A stretch of 64,000 nt of DNA from Methanotrichaceae archaeon (GCA_963813075.1 CAWEXU010000031.1:5481-69480), one strand, 5' to 3'. Numbered from the stretch's first letter, positions 11,716-23,313 are shown. Program-made: numbers and translations. Notes: generated by a model not told the origin, from the sequence alone.

Positions 11716-12389
11716 TTCCTCGAAAGAGGCCTTGTAGTCATCTTCATTGGAAGATTCCGAGGAGGATTCTCCAGTGTCCAGGGGTGGCGGTTCTCGTCAA
11801 CTTCACTATCAACGTCAATTCCGGTATCTAGGGGTGGTGGCTCGTCATCACCATCATCGTCTTCAATAGTGTCTGGGGATGACGATTCAATGACATCTAA
11901 GGTTGGTGATTCACTTTCCTTGTCGTCATCGTCCGTGGTAGAAGGTGTGCTGTTGCCGCCACTAACCGTTCGTGGATCGTAGATCCGTTCCAGCCATAAC
12001 TCGCCCGTATCGCTATGAATGTGGAGTAATCATTCCCCAGGAGTCTTTTGAGTCGTTCTGTATTACGCTGTACTATGTCGTTGCTAGCGTTGTCTTCGTT
12101 TGTCTCCCCATCGCTGGAATCCACTGTGTGGCTTGCTTCCTCATCGCTGGAGTCTACTGTGGGTCGTGGTTCAAGTTCTGGGGGTTCCTCGTCATCGGAG
12201 ACTGTGTCCGTGATTGTGACTCCTTTCTTGGGGTTGTCATGATCATAGGAGGTAGTATCCGTGTCGCTGTCGTTGCCCACTCCCCGATCCGTGCCGTAAG
12301 GCTCAATGAGTTGACCTCGATTCCCGAGTGTTCCCTTATATTTCCAGAACTTTTCGTCCCCTGTGTCAGGGTGTCCAAGTTTGCTCCTT

Positions 12390-14785
12390 TCATATACGCC
12401 TTCTGTCATTGGTTGTATACAGACGTAGTGGATTCCCATTCTTCTCGCCACCCTCGTCTAATGCTTCTTCCTCGTCTTCGGAATCGCATTTACTCCAAGC
12501 ATGGTTTTTGAGTACTTCCGGATCATCTCCAAAGGTACATTCCGTCCAAGCGTACAGGGGTACTGTCTTCGTAGGTTTCGGAGGCATGAGGGGATCGTCA
12601 TAGTGCTTGGGAGTGTCTCCGTCATCTCCATCTTGGACATCCGTCTTGAAGTCATCATCTTGGTCATCCGTCTTGAGGTTATCCAGGCCCTCCTGGTCAT
12701 GACGTTCTGTCGTATCGTGACCAAATTCGTGGACGTTGATCCTGTACTTGGAGCGTCCTGATGGGTTCTTCTTGGATCCGAAGAAATTGAATATCGACCC
12801 AGTATTTCTACGTTGGGTTTTCTTCGTATCGCGTGCGCTCCCCGAATCAGTCTGTCGTCGGTCACGTGCATCGTTGCTTGAGCCACGCGAGATCATTGCT
12901 ATTTCCCTTTCCGCGTAATTTGGGGTCTCGTAGGTGATGGTCTCGTGTGCTTTGACCTTGAGCTTCTCGTTGGGCTTCTTGGTCGAGTATTGGGTGGACA
13001 TCATGTTGTGGACAGCACCAGGATGGTTCTTCCCTTCTCGTGCTCCAGCCTTGGCAACTGGTCCCTTCTTTCCAGGTGACTTCGAGTCCTTCGACATGGC
13101 ATTGAAGAGATTGAGTACCATTTCCTCCTTGCTCAGTGATGTTCCACCATCATCATGGTCTCCTAGTTCCACCGTGTCGGTAGACTTTCCTTCGTGGTCT
13201 TCCTCCTCGTCACTGGATTCTGCTTCAACTTGATCCAAGAAATGGACGCTTCTTTCGGGTGATGGGTTTCCTTGCATGGCCATGTTCGCCGTGCGTGGCG
13301 GTGATTTCTTAGAAGGTGTTCCGGATTCCTTGGATGGGGAGTCGGACTTCTTGAGATCACCGACGATGATTCGTCTTGCATCCGCGGATAGTGCGTTCCA
13401 ATGTTCCTTGTCCTTGGGGTCCAATGAGTTGAAAGCTTCTGACGAGACGGAAGGTCCGTACTTGGCTTCTGCCTTCTCTCTGCGTTGCTGGGTCATGTAT
13501 ATCTCCATCATGTATACGGACAGTCCTGGGCTGGTGTCAAAGGGAGAATCGATCGTCGACTTCGGAGATTCCGTGTCCCATTCATCGTGACGGTCATCGT
13601 TCGGACTTGCTCCCCAATTGTGCTGGTTGACCGTGAGCAGCTTTGACTTGGATTTCTTGTTGAGGCTGGCCTTGGTATCCAAATTCCGTGCTTCGTTGAG
13701 GATCAGGGTCAAGTACTCGTCGTATGTCGTGACTCTGTCCCCCATTGCCTGGCGCATGTTCTCTTGGGTTCGGACGTGTTCAAAGCCGTGATATCCATCG
13801 ACGAAGGCTTGGAGGTATTTCTTCTTGTTCTCGGCTGTTGTGAGCATACGTGGATCTGGAGCTCCGTTCTCGTACTTGCGTAACTTTTCTGTCCAATTGA
13901 GAACACAATCCGTAACGGTTCCGTTCCAGTTGAGGTCTGCCATTCTTGTTGCCGTGATCTCTCTGTAGAGTTCGTCACGCTTGAAGATCGCTCTGGGTGA
14001 CTCGACGAAGAACCTTCGTAATTCAATGAGTGCTTCTTGTGCGTCGAATTCTCGTTCGTGTTTTCGCACTATCGTCACTCCTTCGGCGAGGGTCACCTTG
14101 CTGTTAAGGATGTTGTAGAGGAACTTGTTCTCTTCGTTGAACAAATCGATTGCTTCCTTTCCCGCTGGCCTGAATCCTGCGTTGGTCACGTTCGAAAGTC
14201 CGTGAATGGCTGCCGTAGCCCTGAACTTCCTGTCCCAGATGTCCCATTCGTCTTCTTCGGCGAGCGTTGGGTACGCTGCAGGGTCTTTCTTGATGGAACG
14301 CCTGAAGGTCTCGGCCTTGGGAGTGAGGCTCGCGGTTGCTTTGGCCTTCGCTGTTGCTTCAACTTCGGCCTTCCGATCGTCCTTCAACATGGTGGCGCGT
14401 ATCTCTGACCATGGAGGGTACGCCAGTCCTGGTTGGTATCCGCCACTTGTCTGGTACTCGCTGAAGTCATCCCCCGTGAGGGTGAACCAGTCGACTTGTT
14501 CTTCTTGTCAGTCGGCATGCGTTTGAGTAGAATGCTCTGAGTTGTTTGACAAGTAACTTCTCGTAGTCGGGGACGTCATTGCACGCTGCCGGCTGCGTCC
14601 GTGTACGTGAGGGCATCTGTTATGGCATCGTCCATGCTGATGATGTGGCCAAAGTTCAAGTTGCAGTTCCTCTGTATGAGTGCCATGTACAACGGGTCCG
14701 TGGGGACCAGTTGAAGGACATTGTCCATCACATGGTTGAATGTGCGTTGATTTTTCTGTTGTCTTGTATTCGGCACTGCAGCCAT
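12390..14785 (-). CDS. gag: CoDi-like Gag polyprotein, N-terminus disrupted by a stop and a frameshift
   Basis: FNHVMDNVL..DPLYMAL; FRRSIKKDPAAYPTL..WDIWDRKFRATA..LF.E.NKFLY..IVRKHE..DAQ, typical of diatom Copia Gag. Confidence 0.75.
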
Positions 14786-14837
14786 AGGTGAGGTTTGCAA
14801 TCAATTTGCGAGTTGCGTCGTGTTACAGAGACGTAAC

Positions 14838-14851
14838 TGCGACTGTTAATC
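14838..14851 (-). other. Candidate primer-binding site complementary to the tRNA-Asn(GTT) anticodon arm
   Basis: Plus strand TGCGACTGTTAATC abuts the LTR and contains the CTGTTAA Asn anticodon loop. Confidence 0.55.
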
Positions 14852-15411
14852 TGAGAAATGTTGAGTCGTTACGCCAAAACTTGAGGTTTTCGTGTAATGA
14901 ATATCGTGCGGGAATGGATTCAATGGTAAGCTGGGGGGCGGCAACGATATCTCAACTAGGGTGTTCCTTAGCGCTATTAGCTAAAGAAACGTTGACAACT
15001 TTATGCAAACTACAAACGAATGAAGCAAGCAATAGTGTATGTCCCTTCTAGTATGAAGTCAATTATCTCTCTCGGAGAGGTCGAAATCGGTCTTGAAATA
15101 TCAATGTTGTCTGTGTTGTGAGGACGACGATTGATGGACCTGGAGCACCGTTTCTGTTGTTGCTCGAAAGAGAGAACCCTCCAACTTTCTTCCGATTCTG
15201 GGACGATATGTAGGTTCTGTACCACAGTCTACGGACGAAAAGATCCACCGCCGTCTTTTGTCTTTCAGGAGTCATGCTGGCGCGTCATTGTTCTTGGTAA
15301 CGGCAATGTGTGAGCTGACGCGCGTATACTTATGCATGTGACATCCTAGGTCGTGGACTTAGTTCACGAATAATCTTGGACCATCGGGACTCGGTATGAC
15401 TCATTATTTGT
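14852..15411 (-). repeat. 5' LTR
   Basis: Near-identical to 10478-11037 with a handful of differences; the terminal CA is imperfect at 15411. Confidence 0.9.
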
Positions 15412-16735
15412 AGAAGCCGAGACAAAGGAACAAGTATGCATCATTGCCGGACCAGAGTTTGGGGCACTGGAGGGACACCTATTGATCATCCTAAAGGCAC
15501 TTTACGGACTACGATCATCAGGCTTGTGCTGGCACGAACTACTCGCTATGTGCCTACGCGACATGGGTTTCTTTCCATGCCGGGCCGACCCAGATGTCTG
15601 GATGCGCAAGATGGAGGACCACTACGAATACATCGGGACCTACGTTGATGACTTACAGCTCGCAAGCAAGAACCCACAGCTACTGATCGATGCACTTCGC
15701 AAGAGCTACCAATTCACCATCAAGGAAGCAGGACCAATTGCCTTCCACCTCGGATGTGATTTCTTCCGTGACGAACACGGCCTCCTATGCTTTGCCCCAC
15801 GCAAGTACATAGGACAACTCCTCGATAGCTACGAACGGATGTTTGGATCCAAGCCAAAACCCTACAAGTCCCCACTCGAGAAAGGCGACCACCCAGAGAT
15901 TGACACGTCGGAAGAACTAGGATACGCCGACATCACCAAGTACCAATCCCTCATTGGACAGTTACAATGGACAATTTCCTGGGGACGCATGGACATCACA
16001 ACGGCCGTGATGACAATGTCTGGATTCCGAGCAAACCCAAGAAGAGGACACCTTGACAGAGTACGACGCATCTGCGGATACCTCGGTAAACTCCGTGACT
16101 CGGCGATTCGGATCAGGACGGAAGAACCCGATTACTCCGCACTTCCCGAGAAGACGTACGACTGGGCAACGTCAGTATATGCAGGCGCTGAGGAAGAGTT
16201 CCCCAAGGATGCCCCCGAGCCTCTGGGAAAACCTGTCGTACTCACGACGTACTTCGATGCGAACCTGTATCACAACCTCGTCACGGGTGTGTCTGTAACA
16301 GGCGTCCTAGAGTATGCTAACAAGACCCCAATGGATTGGTTCTCCAAGAAGCAGAATACTGTGGAGACATCGACGTACGGATCCGAATTCGTCGCTGGCA
16401 GAACGGCCACCGAACGCTCCATCGATAGTAGGACATCCTTTCGATACTTCGGGGTTCCAGTAAAGGGCAGCACCAAACTCTTTGGTGACAATGGATCTAT
16501 GGTGGACAGTAGCACCATCCCACACTCCCGGCTGAACAAGAGACACACCGCACTCTCTTACCACCGCGTCCGCGAGGCCATCGCTGCAGGTATCACTTCG
16601 CTATACCACATTGCAGGAGCTCTAAATCCGGCCGACATTCTCAGCAAACACTGGGGATACTCTCAAGTCTGGAACGTCCTGAGACCCATGCTCTTCTGGG
16701 CCGGAGACACGATGGATGCCGTGGACCTTGAATAA
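15412..16735 (+). mobile_element. pol: Copia pol fragment: RT C-terminal half plus RNase H, 5'-truncated
   Basis: AGPEFG..KALYGLRSSG, YVDD, SKKQNTVETSTYGSEFVA, DN, NPADILSK. Confidence 0.93.
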
Positions 16736-16793
16736 GGATCAGGCCAAGGCCAAAGATTGGACATCGGAGACCTCGATGACGACTAAAGGGGAG

Positions 16794-17289
16794 TGACAAA
16801 TGTTTAGTCAGAACGAGTCCCGATGGTCCAGATTTACTCGTGAACGGAGTCCACGACCCAGGATGTCGTACGCATAGCAAACGCGCGTCAGCTCACACAT
16901 TTACCGTTTCTAGAACAATGACACGCGTGCACGACTCCTGAACAGACAGAAGACGGTGGTGGATCTTTCTCGTCCGTGGACTGCAGTACATATCCTACAT
17001 GTTGTGTAAAACCGGAAGAAAGCCGAAAGCGATTCTCTCTCGTGCAACAACAAATACGGTGCTTCAGACCATCAATCGTCTCTGCTCACAACACAGACAA
17101 CATTGATATTTCAAGACCGATTTCGACCTCTCCGAGAGAGATAATTGACTTCATACTAGAAGGGACATACACTATTGCTTGCTTCATTCGTTTGTAGTTA
17201 GCATAAAGTTGTCAACGTTTCTGTAGTAATAGCGCTACAGGAACACCCTAGTTGAGATACCGTTGCCGCCCCCCAGCTTTCCATTGAAT
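16794..17289 (+). repeat. 3' LTR of the second Copia element, truncated at the junction
   Basis: Follows PPT AAAGGGGAG, begins TGACAAAT and is a related inverted copy of the other two LTRs; similarity stops at 17289. Confidence 0.88.
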
Positions 17290-17532
17290 AGGGCTGGTTT
17301 TAGCCATGAGATCGTTTTGCCTGAACCTGTTGGACTGTGATTGAAAAGAAAAAGTGATCTCGTTAGATTTGATCCGTCTTTCACTGTCGATCTGATGTTC
17401 GAACGCTTTGAAGTCCTTAAGGTCTTTGAAATCTCTAAGATAATCCTGATGCATCTGAACCAGTCGGAGTCCGTCCAGGTTCACAGAGACTGCTTCAGAA
17501 TTATCCTTCAGATCGGTTTCTCTCAAATTCAT
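17290..17532 (-). pseudogene. cas3: Type I-D Cas3' helicase, N-terminal fragment cut by the junction
   Basis: After one frameshift reads EHQ...FNHSPTGSGKTISWLKPAL (Q motif and Walker A); ATGA overlap with csc1. Confidence 0.75.
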
Positions 17533-18322
17533 CGTTTCGCCTTCAAAAACTCCAATTTGTACGGAAGCACAATATCTTCCCGCTTTCCAGCATGAGGTAT
17601 TCGTATGAACTTGCCCTTGTAACGTCCTGAGCTATCAGAGGCACAGGCCTCATTTTGACCGAGATCAGATCGCCTAATGGCATATTTTCATAATCATATA
17701 TACCAAATGGATGGTTGGTGGAAACTCCCCTTCATCGATCATGCCTTCGACAACTTTGGCTCTAATCCTTGCTTTCGATCGTTTTTTCCCGAGACGGACA
17801 TATCTTGGAATTCTTGAAGCCAATGTGGCTGCGTCACCTTCATACGGCAGAATGTAGGCTGTAAGCAGGTTCTGCTGATCGAGAACCCGTTCCCTTCCGA
17901 ACTTTGGTAGATTTTTTCCCTTCAGATCTTTTGGCAGATCTGCTGCTTTCCAATTCTTTACAGCGTACTGATGAGGCCGGGCGTTCCACTGGCTCACAGA
18001 GGTGTCCCTTAAGATAGGGCAAAGGCTTTGCTTTGCCCTTCGTAGCCTGGACACCAAGAATTCTGCTCACATACTCTCCGACAGATTCGGGCTTTGCTGG
18101 AGTTATGTAGAACTTTTTGTAGATCTCAGAGGTCTCTTCAACGTAAGATGGTTTGTTTCCAAAATTGATGTACTTCCCGGATACAAAGCCAAAGGCATAA
18201 TACAGCGCAGTGCTCAGGATGTAGTCTCCCGTATCCACAAGATCACCTACTTCTCTCGATGCATAAAGAGTGCGATCCAGGGTTTCAATGGAACATTCCA
18301 CTGCCGGGAAACTCTCAATCAT
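17529..18322 (-). pseudogene. csc1: Type I-D Cas5 (Csc1), interrupted by a 73-bp insertion and frameshifts
   Basis: YASREVGDLVDTGDYILSTALYYAFG..YITPAKP; IPRYVRLGKKRSK; position after csc2. Confidence 0.85.
17992..18071. mobile_element. Mini hairpin (MITE-like) insertion with flanking direct repeats
   Basis: GCTCACA at 17992 and 18065; inverted repeats GGTGTCC/GGACACC and AGGGCAAAG/CTTTGCCCT; removal restores GEYVSQWNARP. Confidence 0.75.
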
Positions 18323-19319
18323 TCTTTTGGCCCCTTTTTCTTTCCTTTTCGGCTTTTCATTCACGCTCTGGAAGAATTCTGAAGCCTTTATCTTTTGTTC
18401 CTCCAAAGCTTTTTTCATTTCATCTTCTTTGATGTGATCTACAAACTCCTTAACCTCATCATCTCCTAGGGCGTCGATATTCAAAGCTATAATTTCCTCA
18501 TCGAATGCCTGTTTAACAAGCCCTTTTACTTTTTCGATATCGAGCACATGACTGTAAAGCACTTTGTTCAAGCTCTCGGAGTCCATGCCAGTGTTACTTG
18601 TGGCCAGACGCCTCGCCACTTCTTGTGAAAGGAACAGATTTGCGGGCCCTTCCTCTATGCCATAATATATTCCCAGTATGTGGTTATCCATCCGTCCTAT
18701 CCTTGAAGTCGCCGCACCGTAACGTTTATTCATCTTGGTCACGCCCAACACAAAAATCAGCTCCTGGAAGGTCGCATCTCTCAGTGTAACCACACATGGG
18801 AATAGGGTTCCGGGCATAATGAAATCAGGCTCACGAATTGCAGTTGTCGCACCTTTTGCGAATGCATCTCCAGGCGCATTCTGGAACTTCTCCTCAACGA
18901 GGACGCTGGAATCCCTTATCGAGTAGGCTGTGTCGTACATGACCCTAGAGAGTAACCGAGATAGCTTCATCGCCGGCAGCACTCCCGTAAAGCATCGATT
19001 CAGGCGATTCCTGGTTCATCTTGTTCACGTCCATTGTGTCCTGGACGTTTATGAGATTCCTTTGCAACTCTTTTCCCTTTCTTCTGTCGCTCCCGGTCTG
19101 CTTGCGTTTGAACATCATCACGGGCGAATAATCAACCAATCCATCATTGGCACTTATTCCCACTGTGGTGATGTCAGCATCTTGCCCATTTGTTGTAAAA
19201 ATGGCGCTAGATTGCAGTTCTCTTAGCAGCAAAATGTGAATATAATGTGCACTGGGCTCATTTATTAGTTTCTCTACCAGTCCTGTGGTCAATTTGCTTT
19301 TTATCTCTTCGATGCTCAT
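18319..19319 (-). CDS. csc2: Type I-D Cas7 (Csc2), frameshifted near 18960 and 18325
   Basis: FKRKQTGSDRR, LYGSAAG, SRVMYDTAYS, PGTLFPCVVTL, RYGAATSRIG. Confidence 0.9.
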
Positions 19320-19759
19320 ATAGTCTCCTCCATCTCAGTCTGCTTCTCCTTGTTCGAGTTTCTCTCAGCCCAATATCTGCGGCGTATGCTCAAAGTCGCT
19401 GAATAATAGCCATCTGCGAGGCTGTTTGACATCTTCTTCAGCCTGCCTGGTTTACCCTCGCAAATTCCGTTTAAAATTTTATCTACAAAATAATCAGAAA
19501 ACTCATCTGCTTTGGCATCAAGGCTCATCCTTTCGGGAACAAATGCCTGATCGTCTCCCATTCGATCTATCGTCTTCTGGATGCGTCCGGAGACCGTCGC
19601 TCTGTAATCGCACTTCGAGAGATTAACACCCCGAAGTTCCGTAATTGCCTTCACCGATTCACGGAACAGTCTTTCCACAGCATGGGGTTTGAAACCCTTA
19701 GGCTGAGCAATCTTAAAACCAAGCTCTGCTAAATGACATATCTTATCGGATTCATTCAT
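19316..19759 (-). CDS. cas11d: Cas11d small subunit (C-terminal part of Cas10d)
   Basis: 147-aa helical protein (KPHAVERLFRE...NSLADGYY) directly after cas10d with its own GGTGA RBS. Confidence 0.75.
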   Translation of the reverse strand: MNESDKICHLAELGFKIAQPKGFKPHAVERLFRESVKAITELRGVNLSKCDYRATVSGRIQKTIDRMGDDQAFVPERMSLDAKADEFSDYFVDKILNGICEGKPGRLKKMSNSLADGYYSATLSIRRRYWAERNSNKEKQTEMEETI

Positions 19760-22340
19760 CTTTTATCACCTTTCAACCTGTCGAGAACGAGAGCTTCATC
19801 GAGAAGGTATTGTACCTTGTTTTCATTTTCAGATCCCCTGTAGACCATCTTCAAGAGATACGACCCAGGAAGCACTTCATCTCTAACCACTCTAAGGTAC
19901 TTTGGAAAGAGAGAGTCCTTCAGCCCAGAGCTGGTGTTGTATCCGAGACGTATCAGGGCACTGGCTGATTTGATTGTCTCCTCCAGCTTTGAGAGCGAAA
20001 TGAATTTTCCATAAAAATCGATTACATGTGAATTGATCGAATCTAACGCTACAACTTCTTTAAAATCTCGGCCACGCATAGATGTGATAGGCGAATGACT
20101 GACTACTACACGCATTCCTGTATAGGCCGCAATAATCAAGGCTATATAAACCCCAAAGAAATGGAAATCTGTTGTGTTCTCCGATGGTTTGTAGAAGATC
20201 ATACTGGCATTACCGATGATGTTATCGTATCCTTGAGCTGTATACTGAGCCATGCTCATGCCTTTGGAGCCCTCGTCCTCCTCTCTTACTGCTAGATCCT
20301 TAATCCAAGAATTATAGACATCAACTTTGACACCCATTTCATTGGAGCTGCCTACGTATTTTGAGTTGAAGATAATCTCTGCAAGTGCGGCCATCCTCAC
20401 TCGGGCCTCATCTGAAAATCTTGAGAGTATAGATTTGACCAGCTCCCATGATTCTGATGTAAAGAAATAGTCTGGAATGAAATGGAAATATAGAACCTCA
20501 TTGTTCAAGCCTTTGCCTTTTGGAAGAGTGAAACCATTCATCCTCAAAGCAAGCTCTACGCCACATGGAACACAAGTATAAATGTTGGTAGGCTTTGATT
20601 TTCCAACAAAGATCCTGTTGGTGAAGTTGAAGGACAAGAATGAGTTAGAATTCTCCATCTCTTTTTTATTCAGCAGTGTCCCACGGTTGCACAGATTGCA
20701 TGTCTTTCCACTCAACTCATACTCTTTATAGGCATCGCTGAGATCAGACTTATCCAGACGGGAGATAGTCCCGTTTATCGTCAAAACATCATGAAGGTAT
20801 TCTATCAATTCCTTTCGGTACGTGTCCGTTTTGCTTGCTAAAAAATGATCCCATCCGTCCATTTGAGAAATGTTGCTCCAGATCTTATTAAGGAGAAGAT
20901 CTACGGCGTTCGTTGAAGGCATATTTCTTAGCTTTATGCCATCGTACTCGCAATCCATCACGTACTGGCCTATAGCATAAGAATAGTCCCATTTTCCACC
21001 GTTAGCCAAGTATGTAGTGTCTTTTTCCATCGAGTTGAGCAGTGCGTTACAAACCTCTGCAGGAACACCCCAAATCTCACATGTTTTCTGCAGCGATAGT
21101 TTATTATCCGAAATAATCTCGGATATGAAAGATTGATGAACAGTAGCTACAGCCCTGGCGAATCCCAATAAGATCTTTTGGCCGTCTTTCGAGCTTTCCA
21201 TTTCTAATGGAACAATTTCTCCGCATCTCGTGATGCCATCGATCATCGAATCTGTCAAGCCCACGCTCTTTTCTGCATGAGCCGATGTGATGGACTTCTC
21301 AAGGAAGGTGTGCAACATAGTCTTAGCACCGCTGAAGAAATAGTATTCATCACTTAGTCCATAATATCCAAGTCGCGGCGTTTTCAGATTGTTGCCGATT
21401 CGACTCGGATTTGAAAGGGCTGGAGATGATGCCTGGATATTCCCTTCCAGAGCTTTGTAAACACTTTCAATAAAATCTTTTGAAATGGCGGCCCTTTGCA
21501 TTCCTTTACCAATATATGCGCAGCCATCCTGATATGCCATGAGCATTATCAAGCCCTTTTCTTGGAGCACATCGGCTACAGTCTTGTTGATTATTCCGGA
21601 GAGGATGCCTTTCACATCATCTAGCCTGTGATATTGCAGATTCAATTGAGCCTCTGAGGAATCCTGCGGGAAACCGTCACGAAGCGCCGTCAGTGATCGA
21701 GCTGAGACTGCATCCTCAGGAGATGAACAGCTTGCCATGCTGTCCATTAGATATAGGAATGGCTCCAAATCCATGAAGTGGGATGTGCGTGCCCCTGAGC
21801 GGGAGAATCTGCTCTTGTGAAGTGCAACGGCAACCGAAAGGTAATCTTCTTTCGACAATCGGGGAGCAAAATCTCTCAGATGCATCTCTTCAACGAACTT
21901 CTTGACAATGGCCTCAGGAATCTCAAACTCGTTTTCCATTGAGTCCGACCTTTCAATCGCTTCCTCATCCTCCATCCATTCTCCAAATTCCAACTTGTGA
22001 AGCTCATGCACTACGAATAGCGCAATGCATTCTCGGAGGCCTTTCTTATCAAGCGGTCTTGCATTTAGCTTTTCGAGAGCCTCGTTGAAACGCAGGAGAA
22101 AAAGAATACCATTCCTGATGTGGTTGAGCATGCTCTGGTCGGTTTTTCCAAATTCTATGCTCTTGGCCGGCTTGAAAGCCATTCCCCTTTCGACAAGATG
22201 AATATCCACTGTTTTAAGGTACTCTTCGAATAGCCCGGGTTCATGCTCAGGTTCTCTAGGGATTTGTTGTCCCTTTTGAAATCCATCTCTCTCAATCGTT
22301 TTCGATCTCTAAAAATATCCTGCAAAGAATCAGATACCAT
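19756..22340 (-). CDS. cas10d: Type I-D Cas10d (Csc3), frameshift near 22230
   Basis: HD-like N-terminus (AKS...DQSMLNHIRNG...HELHK), Zn-finger CNLC/CVPC, YFHFIPDYFFT. Confidence 0.9.
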
Positions 22341-23214
22341 TATTTCGCGACCCCCACCTTCACCTTCGCCGCCCCGCACCCGCGGGCGACTGCGCTCCCC
22401 ACACCGCTATATTCTGCAAATCTGGCCAGGGCTACTATCCCGTTCTTCATGCCTGCAGGCGCATCCCTGGTGAAGGTGTACCGGCAACGCCCCACAAACC
22501 CTTGCTTCATGATCGGGGCCTCGGATGGCCTTTGACCTTGTCGAACACGGTGTTCACCACCACGCTGTGCGTATCGTAGGCCAGAGGCTTTTCCACTATG
22601 TAGCGTGCCATCTCATCCCGCTCAATATTCATCCTCAGCTCCTCTGGAGATACCGAGTTCCACTTTGAGAGGAGAGATTGAAATACCGCTTCCCGGTGAG
22701 GGAACATCTCAAAGACCTTGCTGTTCCTGTACTGAATGCAGATCGGCGATTTGAACTCAAAATCAAGGTATGGATTTTTGACCTCTCCCGCGGACTTCAC
22801 AATATCTTGGAAGCTGGCAGTGGAGCTGGAAACCTCCTCCGCCCGCAAATCTCCTCTCTCCAGGCGGAGGTTTTTCTCTCTCAAGACCAACGGCTGGATG
22901 ATGGAGCGGAAGATCTCCACCTCCTTAGGATCGGTTATCCCTATCTTGAGACTGTATTTTTCGTTTGGATCAACCGCTTTATGCCTCGACCTATCAGTGC
23001 GCAGAAATTTTCCCTCCAGAGGGCCCAAAGATATCGAGCTGATAGGAGAATCGTGCGTGTGGCTGGCGGCGGTCTCGTCCGCCTCCCGCATGACCCCCAG
23101 CAATGAAGAGTATAGTTGGTAGCCATCGCTGTATGGAATATCAAATCCAGATTCTGGCCGGAGTATGAGTGTGATCTTCTGTGGCATCGAATCAGAGATT
23201 ACATTCCCTTGCAT
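22340..23214 (-). CDS. cas6: Cas6 endoribonuclease, frameshift near 22510
   Basis: RAMP features (F.SP, SLLSKWN); the shifted frame ends in the G-rich loop FAEYSGVGSAVARGCG. Confidence 0.88.
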
Positions 23215-23313
23215 TTAAATCTGTCGATTATTGCAATAATTTCATATTTCTGCAATAATGAGTCTATAAATCCAGAAGAATGCAACGGAAAGAATTTAAG
23301 CTAGGAATTGCAA
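23209..23313. promoter_or_regulatory. Divergent cas6/csa3 promoter region with palindrome and repeated TGCA boxes
   Basis: Perfect palindrome ATTATTGCAATAAT at 23227-23240; five TGCA boxes; TATA-like TTTAAA and TTTAAG. Confidence 0.5.

Larger units (their letters stand above)
10478..15411 (-). mobile_element. Ty1/Copia (diatom CoDi-like) LTR element, gag only, no recognisable pol
   Basis: Two ~560-bp near-identical direct LTRs, PPT, candidate PBS and CoDi-type gag; no INT or RT motifs between the LTRs. Confidence 0.85.

Noticed and set aside
10634..17197. Repeated small ORFs ending IIDFILEGTYTIACFIRL
   Set aside because: They lie within the three LTR copies and show no sign of coding
17270..17310. 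Genuine retrotransposon insertion into an archaeal cas3
   Set aside because: The LTR is truncated internally, with no CA end or TSD, and 17 kb of eukaryotic DNA lies beyond it
17840..18982. Apparent Cas7-Cas5 fusion ORF
   Set aside because: One extra A at an ATGA overlap (~18325) explains it; most likely an indel error
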